Shown: piece after piece, positions 56,204-64,000 of the stretch
Position numbering within the stretch: position 1 is the stretch's first letter
How the letters are laid out: each line of letters starts with the position of its first letter
Source of the DNA: an uncultured Gammaproteobacteria bacterium
Lineage (GTDB): Bacteria; Patescibacteriota; Patescibacteriia; SBBC01; CAIJZX01
Assembly (NCBI GenBank): GCA_964397195.1
Contig: CAYNGY010000001.1
Location: 376,326-440,325 of the forward strand
Length of the DNA: 64,000 nucleotides
Direction: 5' to 3'
Translations under genes and position numbers: made by a program
Notes under the pieces: generated by a model
What the model was told of the DNA's origin: nothing
Seen by the model: only the letters and a program-made list of their open reading frames with translations
Database searches by the model: none

Positions 56204-57237
56204 ACGCTTCCCGTCGCGCCATTCTTCGTCTGACCGGTTGGTATGTTTGTATTTTGATGGTCTTGAGTGTTGGATTTAGTACGGTCATTTACCAAATCGC
56301 CAATCAAAACATCCGGCGGGGATTACCGCCCCGTGTCCGGTTTACCCAAGATTTTGAGGACCGCTTTGGTCGGACTCCGAATGATCAGTGGGCCGAGTTG
56401 ATTGAAGAGAGTTACCGGGACGCCATGACGCGTTTGCGCTGGTCGCTCCTCGTATTAAACCTCGTCGTCCTAGCCGGCGGCGCCTACGTGAGTTATCTCT
56501 TAGCTCGCCGAACATTACGTCCGGTCGAGCAGGCGCTCGAAGATCAACGTCGGTTCGCCTCGGATGCATCCCATGAGTTGCGGACGCCATTGGCGGCGAT
56601 GAAAACGGAAATTGAGGTGGCGCTACGTGCCCGTGATACTCCTTCGCACACGGCGGTCTTGCGCAGTAATCTCGAAGAGATTAACCGACTGGAAAAACTT
56701 TCATCCGATTTGCTTCGATTGGCCCGTCATGACGACCAACCAACCAAACCGCCGCTCGTCCCGACCAGCATCACTGCCATAACGAAGGCCGCCATCGATC
56801 GTGTCATGGACAGCGCCAAAAAAAAGGAGATGACGATTCGGGTTGAAGGTGAAGCCGGGACGATTCTGGCAGAACCATCCGGCTTGACGGAATCGCTCGT
56901 CACCATCCTCGATAACGCAATCAAGTATAGCCCAGCCCGGTCCGTAGTTGTCATCACGTCGACTCGGGATGTCGCCAGCGTTATGATCGCGGTTCGCGAT
57001 CAGGGCGTCGGTATCCCGCCAGAAGATTTACCTCATATTTTTGAACGATTTTATCGCGCTGACCCGTCACGTACAAAACTTCATACCGACGGTCATGGTC
57101 TCGGCCTCGCGATTGCGAAAGCCATGGTTGAGCGAATGGGCGGAACAATTCGTGCGACGAGTGACTTCGGTCACGGCGCGGACGTCACCATCACGCTTCC
57201 AGTTTCAAGAACATCAGTCACTCCTCACTCATCCTAA
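56200..57237 (+). CDS. Sensor histidine kinase
   Basis: It has two TM segments, an H-box HELRTPLAAM, and the G-boxes DQGVGIP and GHGLGLAIAK. Confidence 0.9.
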   Translation: MNASRRAILRLTGWYVCILMVLSVGFSTVIYQIANQNIRRGLPPRVRFTQDFEDRFGRTPNDQWAELIEESYRDAMTRLRWSLLVLNLVVLAGGAYVSYLLARRTLRPVEQALEDQRRFASDASHELRTPLAAMKTEIEVALRARDTPSHTAVLRSNLEEINRLEKLSSDLLRLARHDDQPTKPPLVPTSITAITKAAIDRVMDSAKKKEMTIRVEGEAGTILAEPSGLTESLVTILDNAIKYSPARSVVVITSTRDVASVMIAVRDQGVGIPPEDLPHIFERFYRADPSRTKLHTDGHGLGLAIAKAMVERMGGTIRATSDFGHGADVTITLPVSRTSVTPHSS

Positions 57238-57241
57238 TCAT

Positions 57242-58654
57242 ATGCGGAAACGAACCATACTTATCTCGATTGCAGCCATCGCTTTGGCGGTCGTCGGGTA
57301 CTTCGTATTTTTTAAGAAAGATGCAAGCGGCGTAACCTACCAAACCGGGACGGTTGAAAAAGGGACATTAGTTGTATCGATCTCTACATCGGGGACAACG
57401 ACCGCGGTTAACCGCATTGGCATTACCACCGGTGTGACCGGCAAAATTACCAGCGTCCTCGTCAAAGACGGCGACACGGTAAAGGTGGGCCAAACTATTA
57501 TGCGGGTGGATTTGGATGATACTGGTGACGCGGCCCTGCTCAAAGCAAAATCAACGCTGCTTGCGGCCCAGCAGGCCGTGACGACTGCCCAGCAGGCCGT
57601 GACGAATTTAAGTTCCGACGTCACGACCGCCCAAGACGGAGTTACACAAGCGAAGCAGAATAAGGTCCAGTTACACCGCGAGGTGTTGAACGCGGAGAAT
57701 GCGGTAATCAAGGCCCAGGAAGAATACGACGCTGCGGTATCTGGTGGGCAATCCACGACGACAATTTCGACGAAACTGAACGATCTGGACGCGGCCAAAG
57801 ATTCCTTGACGATTGCCAAGTCTAAGTACGCGTCCGCTGATGCGAGCATCAGTAAAGCGAAGACGAATGTCACGACTGTCAAAAGCCGCTCCGTATCGCT
57901 CAACGACGCTGTCACCAAAGCGAAAAATGACCTAACGACCGCCCAGGAAGGATACAACGATGCGACTGGCACGATTCGCGCGCCGGTTGCTGGAACCGTG
58001 GCGGATCTAACGTATGCCACGGGCATGACGATTCTAGCTTCGACTCCATCAGGAGCGGGCGCCGCGGCAGCGACAAAGGTTGCGAGCATCGTCACCGACA
58101 CGCTACCAACAGCATCGTTTTCTGTCGCTGAGGCCGATGCGCCGAAGATTAAGGCTGGGCAAAAAGCCACACTGACGTTTGATTCGATTACGGACAAAAC
58201 GTTTACCGGGACGGTCATCGGCATCGACCGTAGTGGGAGTGTGTCATCTGGTGTGACGAGCTACCCGATGACGATTCGACTTGATGATGCAAATGACGAA
58301 ATCTTGCCGAACATGGCCGTGACGGCGAACGTTATCACCAAAACCATTGCGGACGTACTTCTTGTTCCAAATAGTGCCGTAAAAACTTCCGGAACCGCGC
58401 ATACAGTGGAAGTCATGACCGATGGGAAGGTATCGTCAGTCGCGGTCGAGATCGGCGAGGCGTCAGAGGCTCAAACGGTTATCACCAGTGGCCTGACCGC
58501 CGGTCAGACCGTTGTCACGGCGACGATTACGGCGGCGACGACTAACGCCGCGAGATCATCATCGGCGTCTTCGCTCTTCGGTGGCACGACTACCCGCGGT
58601 GGAGCGGGCACGACCGTTATCTCCGGTGGCTTCCCGGGTGGTCCACCAAACTAG
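57242..58654 (+). CDS. Efflux adaptor subunit (HlyD/MacA family) with long coiled coil
   Basis: The start is trimmed to MRKRTILISIAAIALAV. It has biotinyl/lipoyl-like hairpin flanks and a long alpha-helical hairpin. Confidence 0.8.
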   Translation: MRKRTILISIAAIALAVVGYFVFFKKDASGVTYQTGTVEKGTLVVSISTSGTTTAVNRIGITTGVTGKITSVLVKDGDTVKVGQTIMRVDLDDTGDAALLKAKSTLLAAQQAVTTAQQAVTNLSSDVTTAQDGVTQAKQNKVQLHREVLNAENAVIKAQEEYDAAVSGGQSTTTISTKLNDLDAAKDSLTIAKSKYASADASISKAKTNVTTVKSRSVSLNDAVTKAKNDLTTAQEGYNDATGTIRAPVAGTVADLTYATGMTILASTPSGAGAAAATKVASIVTDTLPTASFSVAEADAPKIKAGQKATLTFDSITDKTFTGTVIGIDRSGSVSSGVTSYPMTIRLDDANDEILPNMAVTANVITKTIADVLLVPNSAVKTSGTAHTVEVMTDGKVSSVAVEIGEASEAQTVITSGLTAGQTVVTATITAATTNAARSSSASSLFGGTTTRGGAGTTVISGGFPGGPPN

Positions 58655-58658
58655 GTTT

Positions 58659-59348
58659 ATGATGATTGAAACTGACAAACTGTCGAAGGTCTACGAGATA
58701 GGTGATGTTCGGACGGTCGCCCTTGATGCGGTCTCGTTCACCGTTGATGCTGGTGAGTTCGTGGCTATCATGGGACCATCGGGCAGTGGCAAATCAACCC
58801 TGATGCACATGCTCGGGGCACTCGATACACCGACCTCGGGGACATATCGGTTGAACGGGCACGACGTCAGCCGAATGGATGACGATCAACTCGCCGATAT
58901 TCGCAATCGCCAAATAGGATTTGTTTTTCAAGCCTACAACCTCCTTCCGCGCACGACGGCCGCGAAGAACGTGATGTTACCCATGGCCTACGCGGGGGTG
59001 AAACGATCCGAGCGACTGGGCCGGGCCAAGGCGCTCCTCAAAAAAGTTGGACTGGCGGATCGGACTGAGCACGCCTCAAATCAACTCTCCGGCGGCCAAC
59101 AGCAACGGGTAGCCATTGCCAGGGCGATGGCGCTTGACCCAGCCATCATCCTCGCCGACGAGCCGACGGGGAACCTCGCCACCGCCCAAAGTGACGAAAT
59201 CATGCGCGTCTTTAGTGACTTGAATGCGGCCGGGCACACCATCGTCATGATTACCCACGAGCCAAGTGTCGCCCGGTATGCGAAGCGGGTTATGACGCTC
59301 CGTGACGGGAAGATTGTTTCTGATATTCGTCAAAAACCCCATGCTTGA
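58659..59348 (+). CDS. ABC transporter ATP-binding protein (MacB/LolD-like)
   Basis: It has Walker A GPSGSGKST, the signature LSGGQQQRVAIARA, and Walker B ILADEPTG. Confidence 0.9.
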   Translation: MMIETDKLSKVYEIGDVRTVALDAVSFTVDAGEFVAIMGPSGSGKSTLMHMLGALDTPTSGTYRLNGHDVSRMDDDQLADIRNRQIGFVFQAYNLLPRTTAAKNVMLPMAYAGVKRSERLGRAKALLKKVGLADRTEHASNQLSGGQQQRVAIARAMALDPAIILADEPTGNLATAQSDEIMRVFSDLNAAGHTIVMITHEPSVARYAKRVMTLRDGKIVSDIRQKPHA

Positions 59349-60567
59349 TTCACGTGAACTCCTGACGACATCCGTCGATGCCTTAGCCCGGAACAAAACC
59401 CGGACCGCGTTGGCTGGGCTCGGCATCGTCATTGGTATTGGCGCTGTGATTGGGCTAATGTCACTCGGCGAGGCCAGTAAAAACTCGGTGGCGTCACAAA
59501 TCGAGACCCTCGGTTCAAACCTGTTGACCGTCTCACCTGGGGCGACACGGAGCTCGGGGAATGTTCGGGGCGGATTTGGGAGCGCGACCACCTTGACCAC
59601 CGAAAATGCGCAGACCATTTCCGCCGAACATATCGCCGGCATTGAATATGTTTCGCCAGAGCTGAGTAGTCGGTACCAAGTGACGGCCGGAAGTAACAAC
59701 ACGAACACGCAGGTGGTAGGCGGGACGGATGTTTATGCATCGGTCCATGCAGTTACCTTGTCCTCTGGCGTATTCTTTACTGCGCGTGATGTGGAATCAA
59801 ACGGTCGCGTCGCCGTGATCGGCCCACAAGTCGCTTCGGATTTGTTTGGTGATACCGCTAGCGGTGTGGGGAGCACCATCCGCATTAATCGGCTAGCGTT
59901 TACGGTCGTCGGGATAACAACGGCCAAGGGCGGATCCGGTTTCCAGAATCAAGATGACATCATTTACATTCCGCTGGGGACCATGCAGAAGCAATTAGTT
60001 GGGAAGTCGTATCTCAGTTCCATCGCCATTAAAGTGGCGGACAAAACGGACATGACAACGACGGCGAATACGGTCGGGTACGTCCTCTTACGGGAACATA
60101 ATTTGACCGACACGACCGCGGCCGATTTCCGGATCGTTTCTCAAGAAGACATTCTCGGAGCGGCGACGCAAGTGACCGGTACGATGACGACGCTCTTATC
60201 CGGTATCGCGGCTATTTCACTCCTCGTTGGCGGGATCGGCATCATGAACATCATGCTCGTGACCGTCATCGAGCGGACCCGGGAAATCGGACTACGCAAA
60301 GCATTGGGTGCCCGACGAAAAACCATTATCGCCCAGTTCCTGACCGAAGCCATTCTCCTGACCTTCGCCGGTGGCATTCTCGGCATTGTCCTCGGACTGA
60401 TTATCTCCGCGGTCGCGGCCAAGCTACTGTCGTTGCCAGTGACCTTGTCGAGTTTTGGGGTGATGCTCTCGGTTGGTGTTTCGGTCGGGATCGGCGTGCT
60501 CTTTGGTTGGTATCCCGCCCAAAAAGCTTCTCGACTCGCACCAATCGAAGCGCTTCGTTATGAATAA
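59341..60567 (+). CDS. ABC transporter permease (MacB/FtsX family)
   Basis: The start is trimmed to MLDSRELL. It has the MacB periplasmic domain and an FtsX 4-TM C-terminus. Confidence 0.85.
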   Translation: MLDSRELLTTSVDALARNKTRTALAGLGIVIGIGAVIGLMSLGEASKNSVASQIETLGSNLLTVSPGATRSSGNVRGGFGSATTLTTENAQTISAEHIAGIEYVSPELSSRYQVTAGSNNTNTQVVGGTDVYASVHAVTLSSGVFFTARDVESNGRVAVIGPQVASDLFGDTASGVGSTIRINRLAFTVVGITTAKGGSGFQNQDDIIYIPLGTMQKQLVGKSYLSSIAIKVADKTDMTTTANTVGYVLLREHNLTDTTAADFRIVSQEDILGAATQVTGTMTTLLSGIAAISLLVGGIGIMNIMLVTVIERTREIGLRKALGARRKTIIAQFLTEAILLTFAGGILGIVLGLIISAVAAKLLSLPVTLSSFGVMLSVGVSVGIGVLFGWYPAQKASRLAPIEALRYE

Positions 60568-60585
60568 TCATTAATCTGAAATCGT

Positions 60586-61032
60586 ATGAGTAAATCGACC
60601 GCAATCATCTGCATCGTGCTAACCCTGCTCATCGCTGGCGGCGGCGGGTTCTACGGCGGGATGACCTACCAAAAGGGGAAGCAGCCCCAGCTCCCGGGCG
60701 GCGGGACATTCACCCGCGGGAACTTTAATGTCAACGGGCGCGCACGTGGCGTTGGGTTCCCGGGCGGCGGCAATGCTGTTCGGGGGGAGATTACCGCAAC
60801 GGACGGTAGCACCATGACCGTCAAGGCAACTGACGGGAGCAGCAAAATCGTGCTCGTTACGTCGAGCACCACCTTTGAAAAGAATACCACCGCTGCGGCC
60901 AGCGAGGTCCAAGTTGGTTCAGAGATTATGGCGACCGGGACCGCTAATAGCGACGGCAGCGTGACGGCCTCGTCCATTCAGCTGAATCCGACGCAAATTG
61001 TTGGCGGCGGACAAACGCCACCCGGACTATAA
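60586..61032 (+). CDS. Secreted/membrane-anchored Gly-rich protein (DUF5666-like)
   Basis: It has an N-terminal TM, a Gly-rich linker and a small beta domain (TVKATDGSSKIVLVTSSTTF). Confidence 0.5.
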   Translation: MSKSTAIICIVLTLLIAGGGGFYGGMTYQKGKQPQLPGGGTFTRGNFNVNGRARGVGFPGGGNAVRGEITATDGSTMTVKATDGSSKIVLVTSSTTFEKNTTAAASEVQVGSEIMATGTANSDGSVTASSIQLNPTQIVGGGQTPPGL

Positions 61033-61046
61033 ATGGATGGACGGAA

Positions 61047-61076
61047 AGCCACCCAGCCCCCTGGGTGGCTTTTTGT
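61047..61076 (+). terminator. Intrinsic terminator
   Basis: The hairpin is AGCCACCCAG-cccc-CTGGGTGGCT followed by TTTTTG. Confidence 0.7.
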
Positions 61077-61113
61077 TGCATTCGGTTCAAAAAAGTGGTA
61101 TGGTATTTTCACC

Positions 61114-62928
61114 ATGAAGTCCGACCAGATTCGCGACAGCTTCCTGAAGTTCTTCGAGCGCCACGGGCACATCCGTCGACCGTCGTCCTCGCTACTTCCT
61201 GACAATGATCCGTCCGTCCTCCTGACGACGGCGGGCATGCAACAATTTAAACCATATTTCCTCGGGGAACGCGACCCAGAGGCTGATTTTGGGGGCACGA
61301 AGGCGACGACCGCCCAAAAATGCTTCCGCACATCCGATATCGACCAAGTCGGGGACGCCTCCCACCTGACTTTTTTTGAAATGATGGGAAATTTCAGTTT
61401 TGGCGACTATTCGAAAGTCGGGGCGATCGATTTGGCATGGGAATACATGACGAAAGTACTACACCTGCCAAAAGAACGCTTGTGGGTAACTATCTTCGCC
61501 GGGGACGAACATACCCCGCGTGATTCAGAGGCGGAAGCGGCCTGGCTAAAATATGTGCCGCCGGAGCGAATTTTCCCGGCCCCGCGCGAAGATAATTTTT
61601 GGGGCCCACCCGGAAAAACCGGTCCCTGTGGTCCGTGCTCCGAAATCTATGTCCAGCTCGTCGATACGCCGCGGGGCGACGTCAATCGTTCCGCCGATTT
61701 CCTTGAGGTCTGGAATCTGGTCTTCATGGAATTACTGAAAGACGAGGCCGGGCACTACGGCCCGCTCCCGAAGAAAAATGTCGACACCGGCATGGGTCTC
61801 GAACGAATGGCGCTCGTTTTACAGCAAAAGCAGAGTCCGTACGAAACGGATGTCTATGCGTCCATCATTGCCGCCGCGCAAAAGATTGCAGCCTTTGGCC
61901 CCGACGAGGATGCGGAGATTACCGGCCGTCGACTGCGGATTATCGCCGATCATATTCGGGGCGCCACATTTCTGCTCGCTGACGGCGTTGACTTTTCGAA
62001 TAAAGACCAAGGATACATCCTGCGGCGGATTGTTCGACGGGCGGCTGATCAGCTCCTGGTGAGCGAGTTTAGCTTTGATCCGCTGATCGACTGCGTTGTC
62101 GACCAATTTTCGCCCTGGTACCCGGAGTTAGAAGCTCAGCGACAGATGGTGAAAGAGAAAATGAACGCCGAACTTGAGCAATACCGAAAGGTACTCAGTC
62201 TCGATGTCGCGGCGGTTGTCAAAAAGATGCGTAAAGAATCCGCGACCGAACTCCCGGATGACAGCGGACCGTCCCATACCTTATTAACGCCGGATGAGGC
62301 CTTTACCCTCTATTCAACCCACGGCGTCTCACTCGAGCGGCTCGGGCGTCTTGGATTTGCATTTGAACGAACTGCGGTGGAAGAGCGGATCACCCAACAT
62401 CAGGAACTGTCACGTTCCGGGGTCGAGAAAAAGTTTGGTGGTCACGGGTTAACGGCGGAGAATATCGACGCCTCGTCGATTCCAGCAGCCGACAAAGAAA
62501 AAATTACGCGCTTGCACTCGGCCACCCACTTGCTTCACGCCGCCTTGCGAAAAATTCTTGGTCCGGAGGTAAAGCAGATGGGGTCTGACATTAATCCAGA
62601 ACGACTTCGCTTCGACTTTTCCTTCCACCGCAAACTGACCGACGAAGAAAAATTAGCCGTCGAAATGCTCGTCAACGAGAAAGTCGCGGCCGATTTGCCG
62701 GTGACGGCAACGGTTATGCCGTTCCAACAGGCTATCGATGGCGGCGCGCTCGCGTTTTTTAAGGAGAAGTACCCCGATCAGGTCAAAGTCTACGCGATGG
62801 GTGATTTCTCGAAGGAGCTTTGTGGCGGCCCGCACGTTACACACACAGCTGAAGTCGGGAAATTTAAGATAACTGCTGAACAGAGCGTCGGGAGTGGCGT
62901 TCGGCGGGTGAAGGGAGTGGTGGGGTGA
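61114..62928 (+). CDS. alaS: Alanine--tRNA ligase, short form lacking C-terminal (C-Ala) domain
   Basis: The start is trimmed to MKSDQIRDSFLKFFERHGH. It has the class II core motifs and the editing-domain metal motifs HSATHLLHAAL and ELCGGPHV. The ORF ends about 30 aa after the latter, giving about 604 aa against about 870 typical. Confidence 0.85.
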   Translation: MKSDQIRDSFLKFFERHGHIRRPSSSLLPDNDPSVLLTTAGMQQFKPYFLGERDPEADFGGTKATTAQKCFRTSDIDQVGDASHLTFFEMMGNFSFGDYSKVGAIDLAWEYMTKVLHLPKERLWVTIFAGDEHTPRDSEAEAAWLKYVPPERIFPAPREDNFWGPPGKTGPCGPCSEIYVQLVDTPRGDVNRSADFLEVWNLVFMELLKDEAGHYGPLPKKNVDTGMGLERMALVLQQKQSPYETDVYASIIAAAQKIAAFGPDEDAEITGRRLRIIADHIRGATFLLADGVDFSNKDQGYILRRIVRRAADQLLVSEFSFDPLIDCVVDQFSPWYPELEAQRQMVKEKMNAELEQYRKVLSLDVAAVVKKMRKESATELPDDSGPSHTLLTPDEAFTLYSTHGVSLERLGRLGFAFERTAVEERITQHQELSRSGVEKKFGGHGLTAENIDASSIPAADKEKITRLHSATHLLHAALRKILGPEVKQMGSDINPERLRFDFSFHRKLTDEEKLAVEMLVNEKVAADLPVTATVMPFQQAIDGGALAFFKEKYPDQVKVYAMGDFSKELCGGPHVTHTAEVGKFKITAEQSVGSGVRRVKGVVG

Positions 62929-63584
62929 TGGGGTATTTACTCGCCACGATTGCAATTGGCGAGCTGATTTTTGGCCTATATTTCATATTAAAGAGTAACT
63001 ACAGGCAGTCAGCTTGGTGGTTGGGATTGTTTATGATCAGTACTTCCATTTATGTGGCAGGTAATGCATTTGGGTACTTAAATTTTTGGACGTCCGACTT
63101 GAACGAACAAATCGCATGGTCAGGTGGGATACTCGCAACGGCCAGCTTTTTACCCTTTAGCTTTTCTTACCCATACCAAAAACACGCATTCTCGGAGATG
63201 CTGATATTAATTTTGTGGCCGGCGGTGATTTTTATTCCCGGGATTTTCTTTTCAAACTCATTTTTGCGGCTTAATGCCGATGTAAGCTTTGGGGCCGGGT
63301 ATCGAACGGCTTCCGGCGAGTTATTCTTTCTGGTGTTAATATTTTTTGCTAGTTATTGGTTCATCGGTATTTACGAGTTAGCAAGACTGTTGTTGAAATC
63401 GGATGGATCCATAAGAATGAATACAAAGATTATGTTGGCAGGCATACTTACTTCTCTAGCAATTGTCTCATTCTTTGATATTTACCTCCCACTAAAAACA
63501 GTGACGTCGCTTGGTTTTCTGGGGTCACTTGCTACCTCAATTTGGTTGGGGGCAACAACATATATTATTACCTCAAAAAAATGA
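62928..63584 (+). CDS. Polytopic membrane protein (7TM-like), AT-rich gene
   Basis: The ATG at 62928 overlaps the alaS stop. It has about 7 hydrophobic helices. GC is much lower than in the rest of the window. Confidence 0.55.
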   Translation: MGYLLATIAIGELIFGLYFILKSNYRQSAWWLGLFMISTSIYVAGNAFGYLNFWTSDLNEQIAWSGGILATASFLPFSFSYPYQKHAFSEMLILILWPAVIFIPGIFFSNSFLRLNADVSFGAGYRTASGELFFLVLIFFASYWFIGIYELARLLLKSDGSIRMNTKIMLAGILTSLAIVSFFDIYLPLKTVTSLGFLGSLATSIWLGATTYIITSKK

Positions 63585-64000
63585 AATACAGGATATTTCG
63601 TAAGTTAAGAAATGCATACAATAGCATTAACTTCTTTTTAAACTACAAAAATATTTTTGACAACTTTGATTTTTATATTAATAAAACTAACAGCGCCTCT
63701 GAATTAGAGGAGTTGTATAGACTGAGATACAAAGTATACTGTGAAGAATACAAATACATCGATCAAGATAAGCATCCCAATAAATTTGAAACTGATGAAT
63801 ATGATCAGTATTCCGATCATTTTGTCATGCGGGATAAGACACACGAGATAGCGGCAATGGTAAGGGTCATCAAGTACTCTCGGGAAGGTTTTCCATTGGA
63901 GAAATTTTTTCAACGCAATGTTCAGCTAAGTCAAGATGATCAAGAAAAAACAGTAGAAATATCAAGATTAATAGTTGCACAAAAATATAGAAAAAAGGGA
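63581..64000 (+). CDS. GNAT-fold N-acyltransferase, LuxI/FeeM-like N-acyl amino acid synthase (partial, runs off window end)
   Basis: This ORF is not in the supplied track because no stop occurs before the window end. The ATG at 63581 (ATGA overlap) gives MKYRIFRKLRNAYNS...ELYRLRYKVYCEEYKYIDQDKHPNKFETDEYDQYSDHFVMRDKTHEIAAMVRVI...EISRLIVAQKYRKKG. The E.D.YD....H.V pattern and the basic N-terminus fit the autoinducer-synthase-like GNAT family. Confidence 0.55.
   Translation, partial: MKYRIFRKLRNAYNSINFFLNYKNIFDNFDFYINKTNSASELEELYRLRYKVYCEEYKYIDQDKHPNKFETDEYDQYSDHFVMRDKTHEIAAMVRVIKYSREGFPLEKFFQRNVQLSQDDQEKTVEISRLIVAQKYRKKG

Noticed and set aside
1-64000. Search for CRISPR arrays, tRNA or rRNA genes, transposases and integrases
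   Set aside because: No evenly spaced direct repeats, cloverleaf-compatible intergenic segments or IS-like ORFs were seen. Intergenic regions are short, and those examined contain only promoters, terminators and the leaders described.

Overview
This is a gene-dense bacterial chromosomal fragment of about 64 kb. GC looks moderately high by eye, roughly mid-to-high 50s percent, apart from an abruptly AT-rich last 1.1 kb. No rRNA, tRNA or CRISPR array was recognised.

From 5' to 3' the window contains:
1. A minus-strand surface-glycan biosynthesis locus (9-12310). It holds GT4 and GT2 glycosyltransferases, two SDR sugar epimerase/dehydratases and a sugar-1-P nucleotidyltransferase. It also holds a WbuX/WbuY/WbuZ-like trio (N-acetyl sugar amidotransferase plus HisH-like and HisF-like), a Wzx flippase and a methyltransferase.
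2. A divergent plus-strand operon of unknown membrane proteins around a GT-C (PMT/ArnT-like) glycosyltransferase (12405-16687).
3. A PEGA/beta-propeller protein, the CtpA S41 protease, rplI, and an isolated convergent rpmA with its own promoter.
4. A type IV pilus assembly operon, pilB-pilC-pilM-pilN-pilO, on the minus strand. Its promoter is embedded in the 3' end of a second GT-C (GT39-like) gene.
5. A partial dcw cluster on the plus strand: small membrane protein, mraY, an unusual long ORF, ftsW, murG, murC, murB, then hpf. In the long ORF an N-terminal PP-loop ATP-pyrophosphatase-like domain (about 440 aa) is fused in frame to MurD.
6. A 1.9-kb insertion between hpf and secA (36100-37745). 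It holds two non-identical small ORFs. Each is preceded by the same roughly 55-nt leader, which has mutually exclusive hairpins, and each is followed by the same terminator hairpin.
7. secA, a LiaF-like membrane protein, and a GyrI-like protein.
8. A secreted FG-GAP plus L,D-transpeptidase protein. It lies behind a consensus sigma70 promoter and a roughly 104-nt three-way-junction leader RNA.
9. secD-secF. SecD carries an embedded parvulin-type PPIase module.
10. A three-gene operon behind a consensus promoter: a sigma70-region-4/HARE-HTH protein, a membrane protein and an FtsK/HerA/VirD4-superfamily ATPase.
11. A lipid-linked glycosylation module: GT2 polyprenyl-P sugar synthase, methyltransferase, YbhN-like protein and a DUF2079-like GT-C.
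12. mnmA, an OmpR/histidine-kinase two-component pair, and a MacAB-like adaptor/ABC/permease trio.
13. A short-form alaS lacking the C-terminal domain.
14. An AT-rich tail encoding a 7TM-like membrane protein and a partial LuxI/FeeM-like GNAT N-acyltransferase.

All calls rest on reading the supplied translations and DNA. No database search or computation was run.
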